A DNA stretch of 64,000 nt from Spirochaetota bacterium (GCA_043803405.1 JAZDKB010000023.1:12863-76862); one strand, 5' to 3'; counted from the first letter of the stretch, positions 42,156 through 52,250 are shown. Notes: generated by a model from the sequence alone, not told the origin. Translations and numbers: made by a program.

Positions 42156-42842
42156 ATGAAGAAAAAGATTTTTGTCATAGATGATGAAAAGGACTTGCAG
42201 GAGATTTTGCAGGTAAATTTCGTTAAGGAAGGATATGATGTCAGGACTTTCTCTTCGGCAGAGGAAGCTCTGGAGGCAATTGAGAGCGACAGGCCGGATC
42301 TGATACTGCTCGATATAATGATGCAGGGAATGGACGGTTATGACTTCTGCAAAAAGATACGTACATCTGCCGATTGTAAAACAATCCCGATCATTTTTCT
42401 TTCGGCAAAGTCCGAGGAGTTCGACAAGGTTCTGGGCCTGGAACTCGGAGGCGATGATTATGTGACCAAGCCTTTCGGGCTGAAAGAGCTTATGTCGAGG
42501 GTCAAGGCAGTATTTAGGCGCAGTGAAGCACATCCCGAAAATACGGACATTTCTGTTTTAAAATATGAAGGGATAGAACTTTATCCAGAGAAATATCTTC
42601 TCAGGGTTGACGGTAAAAATATTAAGGTTACTAAAACAGAATTCAATCTGCTTTACCTTTTCATGAAGCATCCGGGAAAGGTGTTCACAAGGGACAATAT
42701 TATAAACAGCGTAAAAGGCGAGGATATTTACGTGATCGACAGAACAATAGATGTTCATATTATGAACCTAAGAAAAAAGCTGGGCAAGTATAAGAATCTT
42801 ATTTCGACTTTTTCCGGGGTCGGTTACGGGTTAAAGGCATAA
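42156..42842 (+). CDS. phoB: OmpR-family response regulator, PhoB-like
   Basis: REC (DLILLDIMM, KPF) + winged helix (RTIDVHI..LRKKL); pst context. Confidence 0.88.
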   Translation: MKKKIFVIDDEKDLQEILQVNFVKEGYDVRTFSSAEEALEAIESDRPDLILLDIMMQGMDGYDFCKKIRTSADCKTIPIIFLSAKSEEFDKVLGLELGGDDYVTKPFGLKELMSRVKAVFRRSEAHPENTDISVLKYEGIELYPEKYLLRVDGKNIKVTKTEFNLLYLFMKHPGKVFTRDNIINSVKGEDIYVIDRTIDVHIMNLRKKLGKYKNLISTFSGVGYGLKA

Positions 42843-42847
42843 GTACA

Positions 42848-43738
42848 ATGAAACATTTAACCAGAAAAAATCTGTATGATTTAATATTGAGTAAGTTTTT
42901 CCTTATCGTAGGTTTGTCATGTCTTTTTATATTATTCCTGATAATGCTTTTTCTGTTTATGGAAGGCATTCCTGTCTTAATGGATGTAAATGTAATCGAC
43001 TTTATTTTCGGTACAAGCTGGTACCCTACAAGCGATCACCCCCGCTTCGGAATATTCCCTCTTATCGTTGCTTCCGTTGCAGTGACAATTCTGGCTTCGC
43101 TTATTGCTGTGCCGTTCAGCCTTGCCATTGCCGTGTATCTTTCCGAACTGGCTCACTCTGTTGTAAGAGAAATTATAAAGCCGGTAGTTGAAATTATTGC
43201 CTCCATACCTTCGGTCATCATCGGTTTTTTCGGGATGGTTGTGGCAGCTCCGTTTCTTCAGAACACGTTTGATCTTGACACAGGGCTCAATCTTTTTAAC
43301 GCGGCTCTTATGCTTGCCTTTATGGCTGTGCCCACGATCGCGAGTATATGCGAGGACGCGATTTCTTCAGTTCCTTCGTCGCTTAAAGAAGCGTCATACG
43401 CGCTCGGAGCAAACAGGTGGCAGACTATTTATCATATTACAATACCTGCAGCGCTCTCAGGCATCTGGACTGCGATCATACTCGGCATATCAAGGGTCAT
43501 AGGGGAAACCATGGTTGTGCTGATGGTGGCAGGCGGAGCGGCAATTATACCCGAATCGCTTTTCGATCCGGTGAGGCCGCTTACATCGAACATAGCTGCG
43601 GAAATGGCAGAGGCGCCGGTTGGCAGTGTTCATTATCATGCATTGTTTGCAATAGGCATAATACTTTTTATTATAACATTTGTTTTTAACATTATAGCCG
43701 ACTATTTGTCGGGAAAATATAAGTTTAAGGAAGGGTAA
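42848..43738 (+). CDS. pstC: Phosphate ABC permease PstC
   Basis: IPSVIIG, EASYALGA, SRVIGETMVV. Confidence 0.95.
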   Translation: MKHLTRKNLYDLILSKFFLIVGLSCLFILFLIMLFLFMEGIPVLMDVNVIDFIFGTSWYPTSDHPRFGIFPLIVASVAVTILASLIAVPFSLAIAVYLSELAHSVVREIIKPVVEIIASIPSVIIGFFGMVVAAPFLQNTFDLDTGLNLFNAALMLAFMAVPTIASICEDAISSVPSSLKEASYALGANRWQTIYHITIPAALSGIWTAIILGISRVIGETMVVLMVAGGAAIIPESLFDPVRPLTSNIAAEMAEAPVGSVHYHALFAIGIILFIITFVFNIIADYLSGKYKFKEG

Positions 43739-43789
43739 ACAAAATCAACTTCAAATCTTTCTCTGTAAAGGATAAGGCTGCATTATACA

Positions 43790-43890
43790 GCCCCCTAAAT
43801 CCCCCTAGAGGGGGACTTAAAAACGGAAAAAGTATTAACCTTTCTCTTTGGAAAAAGCTAAAAGTCCCCCTCTAGGGGGATTTAGGGGGC
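43790..43890. repeat. REP/MITE-like element with perfect 29-bp inverted repeats between pstC and pstA
   Basis: GCCCCCTAAATCCCCCTAGAGGGGGACTT (43790-43818) and its reverse complement (43862-43890). Confidence 0.85.
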
Positions 43891-44010
43891 CGGGAGTAGA
43901 AAAGCTAGGTATTATTATTTATATACTTTTAGCATGAGACAGTCCCTTGCTTTGAGAAGAACTTAAGGGAGATTATTCAGGATCAGGAGGATAAGTTAAA
44001 AAATACTACC

Positions 44011-44871
44011 ATGAAAACAAAGCCGGATTTTATTCAAAACATAGTTTTTATTGTAATAAGAGTGCTGTCTTATAGCGTCATAATTTTTCTTTTCTTTATG
44101 CTCGGCTATATTATTAAAATGGGCGCAGAAGCGTTATCGTGGGAATTTATATCTGCGTTCCCCGAAGACAGCATGACCAAAGGCGGAATAATGCCTGCCT
44201 TAGTAGGCACACTTTATCTTATTCTGGGGTCCTCGGTAGTCTCAATACCAGTCGGTATTGCAACAGCAGTTTATCTGACTGAATATGCATCAAGCGATAA
44301 AATGGTTCGTATAATCAGGCTCGGAGTCAGCAATCTTGCCGGTGTACCCTCGGTCGTTTTCGGACTTTTCGGTTTAAGTTTGTTTGTAATATTTTTGAAT
44401 TTCGGGACATCGGTCCTGGCAGGCTCCCTTACCCTGGGAGTTCTGAACCTTCCGGTAATTATACGTTCCACTGAAGAAGCTTTAATGACTGTACCGAAAA
44501 CATTCAGGGAAGCTTCCCTGTCCCTGGGGGCAACGCGCTGGCAGACTATTTACAGGATAGTGCTCCCAGGCGCGCTTCCCGGAATACTTACCGGCATTAT
44601 GCTTTCGCTCGGAAGAGCTGCTGGCGAGACCGCGCCGATAATGTTCACGGCAGCAGCTTTCTTTACCCCGGATCTGCCGACATCGCCCTTCCACCAGGTT
44701 ATGGCTCTTCCTTATCATATCTATGTTCTCGCAACAGCCGGAACACGCATACAGGAGACAAGACACCTTCAATACGGTACAGCCATTATACTGATATTCC
44801 TTGTGCTCCTGCTTAACATGGCCGGACTTGTTTTCAGGTACAGGTTTAGGAAAAAGCTAAGAGGGAGATAA
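44011..44871 (+). CDS. pstA: Phosphate ABC permease PstA
   Basis: GVPSVVFGLFG, GRAAGETAP. Confidence 0.95.
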   Translation: MKTKPDFIQNIVFIVIRVLSYSVIIFLFFMLGYIIKMGAEALSWEFISAFPEDSMTKGGIMPALVGTLYLILGSSVVSIPVGIATAVYLTEYASSDKMVRIIRLGVSNLAGVPSVVFGLFGLSLFVIFLNFGTSVLAGSLTLGVLNLPVIIRSTEEALMTVPKTFREASLSLGATRWQTIYRIVLPGALPGILTGIMLSLGRAAGETAPIMFTAAAFFTPDLPTSPFHQVMALPYHIYVLATAGTRIQETRHLQYGTAIILIFLVLLLNMAGLVFRYRFRKKLRGR

Positions 44872-46604
44872 TGAAAAAGATCCGCAATAAAATACTGGTG
44901 CCGATTGCCTTCCTCATGATCCTTCTGATCTCGGTCCTGGGCATTTTTTTTAATTCTCTGTTAAAAGAGACCTACCTTAATATTATCAAGCAGGAAATGA
45001 AAGAAAAAATAGAGTTTATTAATATTATAATCAGGGATACTCCGGGATTATATACAGGAAGGGTAACTGAATTTTTTTCAGGAAAGATTAAAAGCATTTC
45101 ATCTGTCATTAATATGAGAATAACGGTAGTCGACCATACCGGAAAGGTAATTGCCGATACCGATCATGATCCAGCCGGTATGGATAATCACAAATACAGG
45201 ATCGAGATCAAGGACTCCATTGAAAAAAAGACAGGCGAAAGCATACGCTACAGTAATACGCTGAACACGGATATGTTGTATTATGCAATAAGTTATAATA
45301 ATTATATAATAAGACTGGCCAAACCCTTGCTTGTAATTGACGCCGCATTAACCAAGCTTACTAAAACAATATTTCTGGCCGGCCTCACAGTAGTTATTGC
45401 GGCAGTAGTTATTATTTTATTAATATCAAATAAAATAACCATTCCAATACGTGAAACAAGGGATTTTGCAATATCATTCTCCGGTGGGGATTATACCAGG
45501 AGGATACAGGATTTTAGCGGTGATGAAATAGGCATTCTCCAAAGAACGCTTAACAGGATGGCGGAAAGTATTGTGTATGAGATGAACCTGCTGGAACTGG
45601 AGCAGAATAAATTAAAAGTGACGCTTAACAGCATTAGCGACGGCATAGCTGTTGTAGATAATAATAAAAACATAGTAATTGCCAACAGGGCCTTTTTCTC
45701 TTTTCTTGGAATTCAGAATGAAATGCTCAATAAAATTTATTATGAAGTAATAAGGGGCAGTTCGTTTAATAAAAAAATAGAATATTCATTATCGCACGGG
45801 GAAGCAGCTGATTTCCGGGAAAAATTTTATCCGGACAGATTATGCGAGATTTCAATTATTCCCATTAAGGAAAAAACGGAAATCGAGGGAATATTAATTG
45901 TAATGCACGATGTTACCGAAAAAGTGAAAATGGATCAGCTTAAGACCGATCTTGTCGGCAATCTTTCACACGAACTTAAAACTCCAGTGGCTATACTGAA
46001 AGGCTATCTCGAAACAATTCAGGATAATTTAACCGATATAAACTTATGCTCGGATTTTATTAAAAAGGCTATTTTAAATCTGAACAGGCAGGATTCTATA
46101 ATTAATGACATGCTTAAGCTGAACATGCTGGAGACAATGACCGGCATTCCCTTTGAACCTATTAATCTGAAAGAAATAATTAATAACAGTATTGAAATAT
46201 TAAACATAAAAGCGAATGCAAAGGAAATTGAAATAAATTCCGATATTGACATACTGAACAGAAATATTCAGGGGAATAAGTTTTTAGCTGAAGAAATATT
46301 TTTTAATATTATAATTAACGCGATTAATTATACAAATCCTAAAGGCAGCATTAATGTAAAAGCATTCGAGGATAACGGTAAAACAGTTATATCAATAGCC
46401 GATTCCGGCATAGGTATCCCCGAAGAATCTCTCGGCAGAATATTCGAGAGGTTTTACCGTGTCGATAAAAGCCGCTCGCGTGCCACCGGCGGCACAGGGC
46501 TGGGACTCTCCATAGTAAAGCATGCTGTCGAAATACTGAACTGGGAGATCGGCGTTGAGTCCGGCGGAAACGGCACTGTTTTTTTTATTAATATTAATAG
46601 TTAG
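44871..46604 (+). CDS. phoR: Sensor histidine kinase, PhoR-like
   Basis: HAMP, PAS, SHELKTP, FERFYRVDKSRSR, GTGLGL. Confidence 0.9.
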   Translation: MKKIRNKILVPIAFLMILLISVLGIFFNSLLKETYLNIIKQEMKEKIEFINIIIRDTPGLYTGRVTEFFSGKIKSISSVINMRITVVDHTGKVIADTDHDPAGMDNHKYRIEIKDSIEKKTGESIRYSNTLNTDMLYYAISYNNYIIRLAKPLLVIDAALTKLTKTIFLAGLTVVIAAVVIILLISNKITIPIRETRDFAISFSGGDYTRRIQDFSGDEIGILQRTLNRMAESIVYEMNLLELEQNKLKVTLNSISDGIAVVDNNKNIVIANRAFFSFLGIQNEMLNKIYYEVIRGSSFNKKIEYSLSHGEAADFREKFYPDRLCEISIIPIKEKTEIEGILIVMHDVTEKVKMDQLKTDLVGNLSHELKTPVAILKGYLETIQDNLTDINLCSDFIKKAILNLNRQDSIINDMLKLNMLETMTGIPFEPINLKEIINNSIEILNIKANAKEIEINSDIDILNRNIQGNKFLAEEIFFNIIINAINYTNPKGSINVKAFEDNGKTVISIADSGIGIPEESLGRIFERFYRVDKSRSRATGGTGLGLSIVKHAVEILNWEIGVESGGNGTVFFININS

Positions 46605-46734
46605 AATTCATTCCAGTATTTTTGAAATATATTTTGGGACACATCAGTAATTAATAAAGTTTTCCTTTGGACAAAAGACAAACAGCTTTCAATTATATAT
46701 TTCGAAATAATTACAAATAAAAATATTTTTTAAA

Positions 46735-46833
46735 ATGCAATTTATCGGCGTTCTGCCGGAAAGTGAAATTGTTGACGCTCAAAGAGAAGTTTGCAGTATC
46801 ATCGGTAAACTTATAGAGGAGGATGTGATTTAA
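46735..46833 (+). pseudogene. 32-codon fragment resembling a FliG C-terminal domain
   Basis: MQFIGVLPESEIVDAQREVCSIIGKLIEEDVI*; upstream frames are broken. Confidence 0.3.
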
Positions 46834-46970
46834 TCTTCTGGTCTTGTGCTGGCATATTGTATGTCAGCCCACACTGCTTTGATGCTGTCTGACAAATTAT
46901 TAAATTATTTCAACTCCATTATTCATTATCTTTGAGGGTATTAAATACGCTTTTTGATATTTGTTGCTAT

Positions 46971-47015
46971 GTTAGGTTCCTGTTTCATAACATACAGTCG
47001 AATAATATGTTAGGA
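46971..47015 (+). repeat. Collapsed attC-like site, remnant of the array repeat 3' end
   Basis: CAGTCGAATAATATGTTAGG matches the repeat end; TCATAACATA / TATGTTAGGA hairpin; extra GTTAGGT at 46971. Confidence 0.55.
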
Positions 47016-47044
47016 TCGAAAAATTTACTTGATTTTTATTTCAT

Positions 47045-47075
47045 TGACGTATTTATTTAACATAAATATACGTCA
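47045..47075. promoter_or_regulatory. Probable TA operator inverted repeat
   Basis: TGACGTAT-N15-ATACGTCA overlapping TTGACG, just before the AGGAG RBS. Confidence 0.55.
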
Positions 47076-47085
47076 GGAGTTACAA

Positions 47086-47331
47086 ATGAATACTAAATTA
47101 ACTTTAAGATTAAGCAATGAATTAATTAATGAGGCAAAGAATTATGCTAAAAAAGAAGGCAAATCTTTATCTCAACTTGTTAGCGACTTTTTTGTTGCAA
47201 TAAGTTCGAAAAAAGTTTCTACTCAAAAACCTTATTTAAAGCCAAAAACTTCTAAATTATATGGATCACTAAAAGGTAAATTAGTTTCGAAAGAAGACTA
47301 CAATAAGCATATTGAGAAAAAATATCTATGA
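47086..47331 (+). CDS. RHH antitoxin (DUF6364-like)
   Basis: MNTKLTLRL..ELI..AK.YAK..GKSLSQLV; RBS supports the 47086 start. Confidence 0.85.
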   Translation: MNTKLTLRLSNELINEAKNYAKKEGKSLSQLVSDFFVAISSKKVSTQKPYLKPKTSKLYGSLKGKLVSKEDYNKHIEKKYL

Positions 47332-47750
47332 TGAATATCCTTTTTGATATCAATGTCATTCTAGATTCTTTATTAGACAGAAAACCTTATGGACATATTG
47401 CTGCATTATTAATTAATGCAGTTGAGGAATCAATAATAAATGGTTTTTTATCTGCTGATTCAGTTACTACTCTTTTTTATTTAATTCAAAAAGTAAAGAA
47501 TAAGAACCAGGCTAAAGAAACAATTAAATTATTATTAGATATTTTCGAAATTTCTCCAGTCAATCGTAATATTCTGCAAGAAGCTATTAACATAGATTTC
47601 AATGATTTTGAAGATGCAGTTGTTTATCAATCTGCTTTTTTAAGCAATTGCAATGGAATCGTAACAAGTAATACTAAAGATTTTAAAAAATCAAAAATTC
47701 ACATTTACAATCCAAAAGAATTATTAAACGCAATAACATATAAAAGTTAA
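47328..47750 (+). CDS. PIN-domain toxin
   Basis: ILFDINVILD, DFEDAV, IVT.N.KDF. Confidence 0.88.
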   Translation: MMNILFDINVILDSLLDRKPYGHIAALLINAVEESIINGFLSADSVTTLFYLIQKVKNKNQAKETIKLLLDIFEISPVNRNILQEAINIDFNDFEDAVVYQSAFLSNCNGIVTSNTKDFKKSKIHIYNPKELLNAITYKS

Positions 47751-47771
47751 TTCAATTATACTTATTAAACA

Positions 47772-48167
47772 AGAATCAAACTTACAATTAAGTGTGCTTC
47801 TCCACGCCGTTTTTTTGCAGCAGTTTGATTTGGCAGTCGAGATGTATTCGGTTTGTTGACAGAGTCGGCGTCGCGGGTCGAATATTACAAAATATTCTGT
47901 TGATATTAACAAGCAAAGCAAATCCGATTATCAATTAAACAAGCACACGAATATTTTAAAGCCGCAGAACATGTAACTGTTGCTACAAAACCTCTTTTAA
48001 TCCTGATATAATTTCTGCATTTGCTTTCCTGTGGCACACATTTACTAAAGTTAAAGAACAGTAAAAGCTGAGTAATTTTATAAATTATTCTTGAAATACT
48101 GGAGATAAGATTTCCTATATAGGAAAAACATTTCTGACTGCGTATGCAGTCTAATAATATGTTAGGC
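47772..48167 (+). repeat. Array repeat copy 1 (~396 bp)
   Basis: Aligns by eye with copies 2-4; ends GACTGCGTATGCAGTCTAATAATATGTTAGGC. Confidence 0.95.
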
Positions 48168-48229
48168 AATGAAAGTTACAGTAAAAAAACATTCTTTACA
48201 TCAATTTCACTACTACAAAGACATCTTCA

Positions 48230-48811
48230 ATGCTATTCAATGAATATATAAATTTAATTGGTGATACTTCAATTTCTGGATGGACTATAACAATTGCATA
48301 TTTTTCTACGGCATTCCTATGTTTGAGTGTCATTCAAATCGAGAAAAAATTTTTTTTGGGTATCAAAGATATAAAGAGTTATTATATATGGCTAGCATTG
48401 TTCATCATGATGTTTCTCCTTGGGTTAAACAAGCAGCTGGATTTTCAAACATTATTTAGACTTATTATCCGTTATGTAGTAAAAATTGATTCCTCGTATA
48501 TAATATGGCGTTGGTTTTTCCAGAAACTAGTTGCCGGATTGGCTGGGCTATTCGGATTGTGTAGTATAGTAGGATTACTGTGGTGGTTAAGAGGGAGAGT
48601 TAAGGAATTTAAACTGGTAATTCTTGGTCTGGTATTTTTATTTACGTTTCTGGTGATTCGTATTGTTTCCATTAATCATGTTGGCCATCTTCTAGGCAAC
48701 TGGAAGATAAACTACCCTTTCTGGATAAATCATATTGTTGAGCTAGGAGGAATTGTGCTGATCGGAGCAGAAGCGGTAATTCGTTTAAACTCCATGAGGC
48801 AAAAAACCTGA
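48230..48811 (+). CDS. Hypothetical multipass membrane protein (cargo)
   Basis: IGD...GW.ITIAY, LGLNKQLDFQ, VELGG; about 5 TMs. Confidence 0.8.
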   Translation: MLFNEYINLIGDTSISGWTITIAYFSTAFLCLSVIQIEKKFFLGIKDIKSYYIWLALFIMMFLLGLNKQLDFQTLFRLIIRYVVKIDSSYIIWRWFFQKLVAGLAGLFGLCSIVGLLWWLRGRVKEFKLVILGLVFLFTFLVIRIVSINHVGHLLGNWKINYPFWINHIVELGGIVLIGAEAVIRLNSMRQKT

Positions 48812-48900
48812 GATATACCTTTTATCTATTGGTGTTAGATGAGATAAGTGGATGACAGAATACTAATGAATAAACTATAAAGAAAAATACAGCATGCGTT

Positions 48901-48929
48901 GTTTAGTAGTTCGTAAAATGCTACTAAAC
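48901..48929. terminator. Hairpin after the cargo gene
   Basis: GTTTAGTAG / CTACTAAAC. Confidence 0.4.
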
Positions 48930-48933
48930 GAGC

Positions 48934-49338
48934 GCCTAATAAGTGCCAAACTTACAATTAAGTCTGCTGCTCCCCGCCGTATTTGTGGCAATTTAATTTG
49001 GCAGTCGAGATTTAATTGATTTGCTAAAAGAGTCTGCATCGTGGGTCGAATATTTCAAAATATTCTGTTGATATTAACAAACAAGCAAAGCAAATCCGAT
49101 TATCAATTAAACAAGCACACGAATATTTTAAAGCCGCAGAACATGTAACTGCTGCTATAAAACCTCTTTTAATCCTGATACAATTTTTGCATTTGCCTTT
49201 CTGTGGCACTGTTCATTAAAGTTAAGGAATAGTAAAGGCTGAATAATTTCATAAATTATTCTTGAAATACTGGAGATAAGATTTTTTATATAGGAAAAAC
49301 ATATCTGACTGCGTATGCAGTCTAATAATATGTTAGGT
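48934..49338 (+). repeat. Array repeat copy 2 (~405 bp including GCCTAAT)
   Basis: Begins GCCTAAT, ends GTTAGGT; aligns with the other copies. Confidence 0.95.
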
Positions 49339-49460
49339 ATTATATAGACTGGCGAGAATCATTTTGCATATTGATATATTTTGGAAATGTATGGCATGAT
49401 CCTTAGTGAACGCTATAAAAACATAAAAAAATAAATTTATTTCTCCACGAAATTAATTCA

Positions 49461-50237
49461 ATGATGACATTATTTTTTTTCCATGGTTACGCCTTATTCA
49501 TAAGCAATGCCATTGAACCGGATTTCCATCAGCATCATCTGATGGAACTGTTTATTTCACTTGATAAACCTTTAACAATAAAAATGAGTAAGGAATTTTA
49601 TAAAGCAAAGAATTTTATTATTGAGTCTGACGAACTACACCGAATAGAAAGCAACAGTACTGCCTATGCAGTAATTCTATTGGATAGTGAGTCAAAAATT
49701 GCCCAGCAATTCAGGAAAATATTTCTTTATAAAAAGGAAATCTCCATTCTTTCGGATTCTTTGTTGTCATTATACCTGGAAGATATTAAGATGCTGTTCA
49801 ACAATGATTGCAAAATAGAAAGAGCAAAAATTATCTGTGATAATATTATAGCCCATATTATTGGTGAAGAATCTATTGAAATAAGTATTATTGATCATAG
49901 AATTGAAAAAATTCTTAACATGTTCACTTTGTTTCCTGATAAAAAAGTTAAAATAAAAGAGCTTTCCGAAAGAGTTGATTTATCTGAAAGCCGTTTAATT
50001 CATCTCTTTACCAAACAAGTCGGAATACCTATCCGCCATTATCTGCTTTGGCTTAGACTAATAGATGCAATAAAGCTGATCGTAAAAGGCAGCTCTTTTA
50101 CTGATGCGGCATATGAAGCTGGATTCTCTGATTCTGCACATTTAAGCAGGACTTTTAAAAAAATGTTTGGATTAAAATTGCTGGAAGTATTTAAAAATTA
50201 TAAAGATAGCGGATTCGTTCAAGTCATAACAGAATAG
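49461..50237 (+). CDS. AraC-family transcriptional regulator
   Basis: LSESRLIHLF, AAYEAGFSDSAHLSRTFKKMFG. Confidence 0.92.
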   Translation: MMTLFFFHGYALFISNAIEPDFHQHHLMELFISLDKPLTIKMSKEFYKAKNFIIESDELHRIESNSTAYAVILLDSESKIAQQFRKIFLYKKEISILSDSLLSLYLEDIKMLFNNDCKIERAKIICDNIIAHIIGEESIEISIIDHRIEKILNMFTLFPDKKVKIKELSERVDLSESRLIHLFTKQVGIPIRHYLLWLRLIDAIKLIVKGSSFTDAAYEAGFSDSAHLSRTFKKMFGLKLLEVFKNYKDSGFVQVITE

Positions 50238-50277
50238 TTTTATTATAATTATCCTGTATAGAGACAGGAGGAAATAT

Positions 50278-50886
50278 ATGAAGCTTAATCTGTTCGAATA
50301 CTGTATGATGAATAATCCCTTGAGAGCATTTATTCAAACAAAATATGAATTCCCGATACTGCAAAGAATGGTACAAACTAAAAATCTGAAAAAAGTATTG
50401 GAAATCGGATGCGGGAATGGCCATGGAACGACTTTAATAAAAAAACTTTTTAATCCTGAACACATTGTTGCAATTGATTTAGATGAAAGGATGATTAATA
50501 AAGCAGTAAAAAGAGAATTGTCTAATGTAACTTTTAAAGTTATGGATGCTTCAAAACTCGATTTTGAAGATAATGAATTTGATGCTGTTTTTGATTTTGG
50601 AATCATCCATCATATCCCTAATTGGAAAGATTGTATCTTTGAATTGAAAAGGGTATTAAAAAATAATAGTGAAATAATTCTTGAAGATTTATCAAAGGAT
50701 ACTTTTAATACTATTTTTGGCAAATTTTTGAAGGTTATTTCCGATCATCCTTATGCCGACATGTACTCAACAGATGAATTTATACATTGTTTAAAACGAT
50801 CTGGTTTCAAGCTTTTGCATTACAAGGAGTCATATCCATTAAAAACAATTAAATTTTTTTCCTTGAGTGCGGTTGCGAATAAATGA
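50278..50886 (+). CDS. Class I SAM-dependent methyltransferase
   Basis: VLEIGCGNG, AIDLD, DAS.LDF, IIHHI. Confidence 0.92.
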   Translation: MKLNLFEYCMMNNPLRAFIQTKYEFPILQRMVQTKNLKKVLEIGCGNGHGTTLIKKLFNPEHIVAIDLDERMINKAVKRELSNVTFKVMDASKLDFEDNEFDAVFDFGIIHHIPNWKDCIFELKRVLKNNSEIILEDLSKDTFNTIFGKFLKVISDHPYADMYSTDEFIHCLKRSGFKLLHYKESYPLKTIKFFSLSAVANK

Positions 50887-50929
50887 TATAAATATTTTTT
50901 GTTCTTGAAAGAAAGTGCTGCTAAAAAGT

Positions 50930-51214
50930 GCCTAATATTCTGTTGATATTTACAAACAAGCAAAGCAAATTCGATTATCAATTAAACAAAGCACAAGAAT
51001 ATTTTAAAGCCGCAGAACATGTAACTGCTGCTACAAAACCTCTTTTAATCCTGATACAATTTCTGCATTTGCCTTTCTGTGGCACACATTCATTAAAGTT
51101 AAAAACTAGAAAAGGCTGAATAATTTCATAAATTATTCTTGAAATACTGGAGATATCTTTTCCTATATAGGAAAAGATATCTGACTGCGTATGCAGGCTA
51201 ATAATATATTAAGC
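50930..51214 (+). repeat. Array repeat copy 3 (5'-truncated, ~285 bp)
   Basis: GCCTAA joined to TATTCTGTTGATAT; ends ATTAAGC; contains a perfect 32-bp palindrome. Confidence 0.93.
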
Positions 51215-51399
51215 TCAATTAAATTGGAGAATGATATATATGAAATTAAACTCCGGGAAGAAGATGAACAATTAAAAAACAGGGAATATCTCATAACAAA
51301 GAAAGAAGCCAGTGATTAAGTATGATGAAAACTAAAAAAAGAATTGAAGTTTTTCTTTTTAAGAATAAGAATATATAAAAAAGTAAAAGGAATTGTTTT

Positions 51400-51612
51400 A
51401 TGAAATATCAGGATATCGGATCAAAAATTGAAAGATTGCCGGAACAAGTGATTCCGGAAATTAATGATTTTATAGATTATTTATTGAATAAATATGGCGA
51501 GAAAAAATCCCGGAAAGAAAAGTTTAAATTTGATTGGGAAGGTGGACTGGCAAATTTAAAGAATGAATACACTTCGGTAGAATTACAGCACAAAGCGTCA
51601 GAGTGGCGATAA
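51400..51612 (+). CDS. DUF2281-like antitoxin
   Basis: LPEQ...EI.DFIDYL, FDWEGGL, SVELQHKA.EWR. Confidence 0.85.
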   Translation: MKYQDIGSKIERLPEQVIPEINDFIDYLLNKYGEKKSRKEKFKFDWEGGLANLKNEYTSVELQHKASEWR

Positions 51613-51989
51613 TGTATTTAATCGATACGAACATATTTTTAGAAATACTTCTGAAGCAGGATAAAAGTAAAGATTGTAAAACATTTCTTGATAAGAATAT
51701 AGGCAAACTGAATATTTCCGATTTTTCCCTTCATTCAATCGGCGTTATTCTTTTAAGGAATAACAACGAAAATATTTTCAATAAATTTATTTTGGATATT
51801 TTGCCGAAATTAAATCTTCTTAGTCTCCCCAAGCCTGAGTATAAAGAAATCATAAACATAAAAAAGAAAAACAAGCTGGATTTTGACGATTCCTACCAGT
51901 ACAGTATCTGCATGAATTATAAATTAACTCTAATTACGTTAGATCAGGATTTTAAAAAAGTAAAAGGTATTGCAGTTCAGTTTGTATAA
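51612..51989 (+). CDS. PIN-domain toxin
   Basis: MYLIDTNIFLE, LDFDDSYQY, TLDQDF; TAATG coupling with the antitoxin. Confidence 0.88.
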   Translation: MYLIDTNIFLEILLKQDKSKDCKTFLDKNIGKLNISDFSLHSIGVILLRNNNENIFNKFILDILPKLNLLSLPKPEYKEIINIKKKNKLDFDDSYQYSICMNYKLTLITLDQDFKKVKGIAVQFV

Positions 51990-52250
51990 AATCTCCTTTA
52001 GAATGTCTGTCAATTAACTCTGCCCGGTTGTGCCGGTTATCTTGTTTGACAATACTGTCAATGTAAGCGGGTTTATTAATGAATATTTTTTGTTGATTAT
52101 TGTTATATTGTGCATATTATATGCTTTACTATTAATGCAGCGAATTTTTTAGAATTAATTTCGATTTTAGTAATCTTTTACTCGAAACTAAAGTTTAATT
52201 ATTTTAAATTAGTTTGTTCTGGCTTTATTAGTTTTATTAAACTAATTAAC

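Noticed and set aside
323..46252. Numerous short antisense or nested ORFs in the track
   Set aside because: They overlap well-supported genes and lack motifs; treated as shadow ORFs.
51215..51399. Gene start after repeat copy 3 (GGAG + ATG)
   Set aside because: The frame closes after about 14 codons; possibly a decayed cassette, but not supportable.
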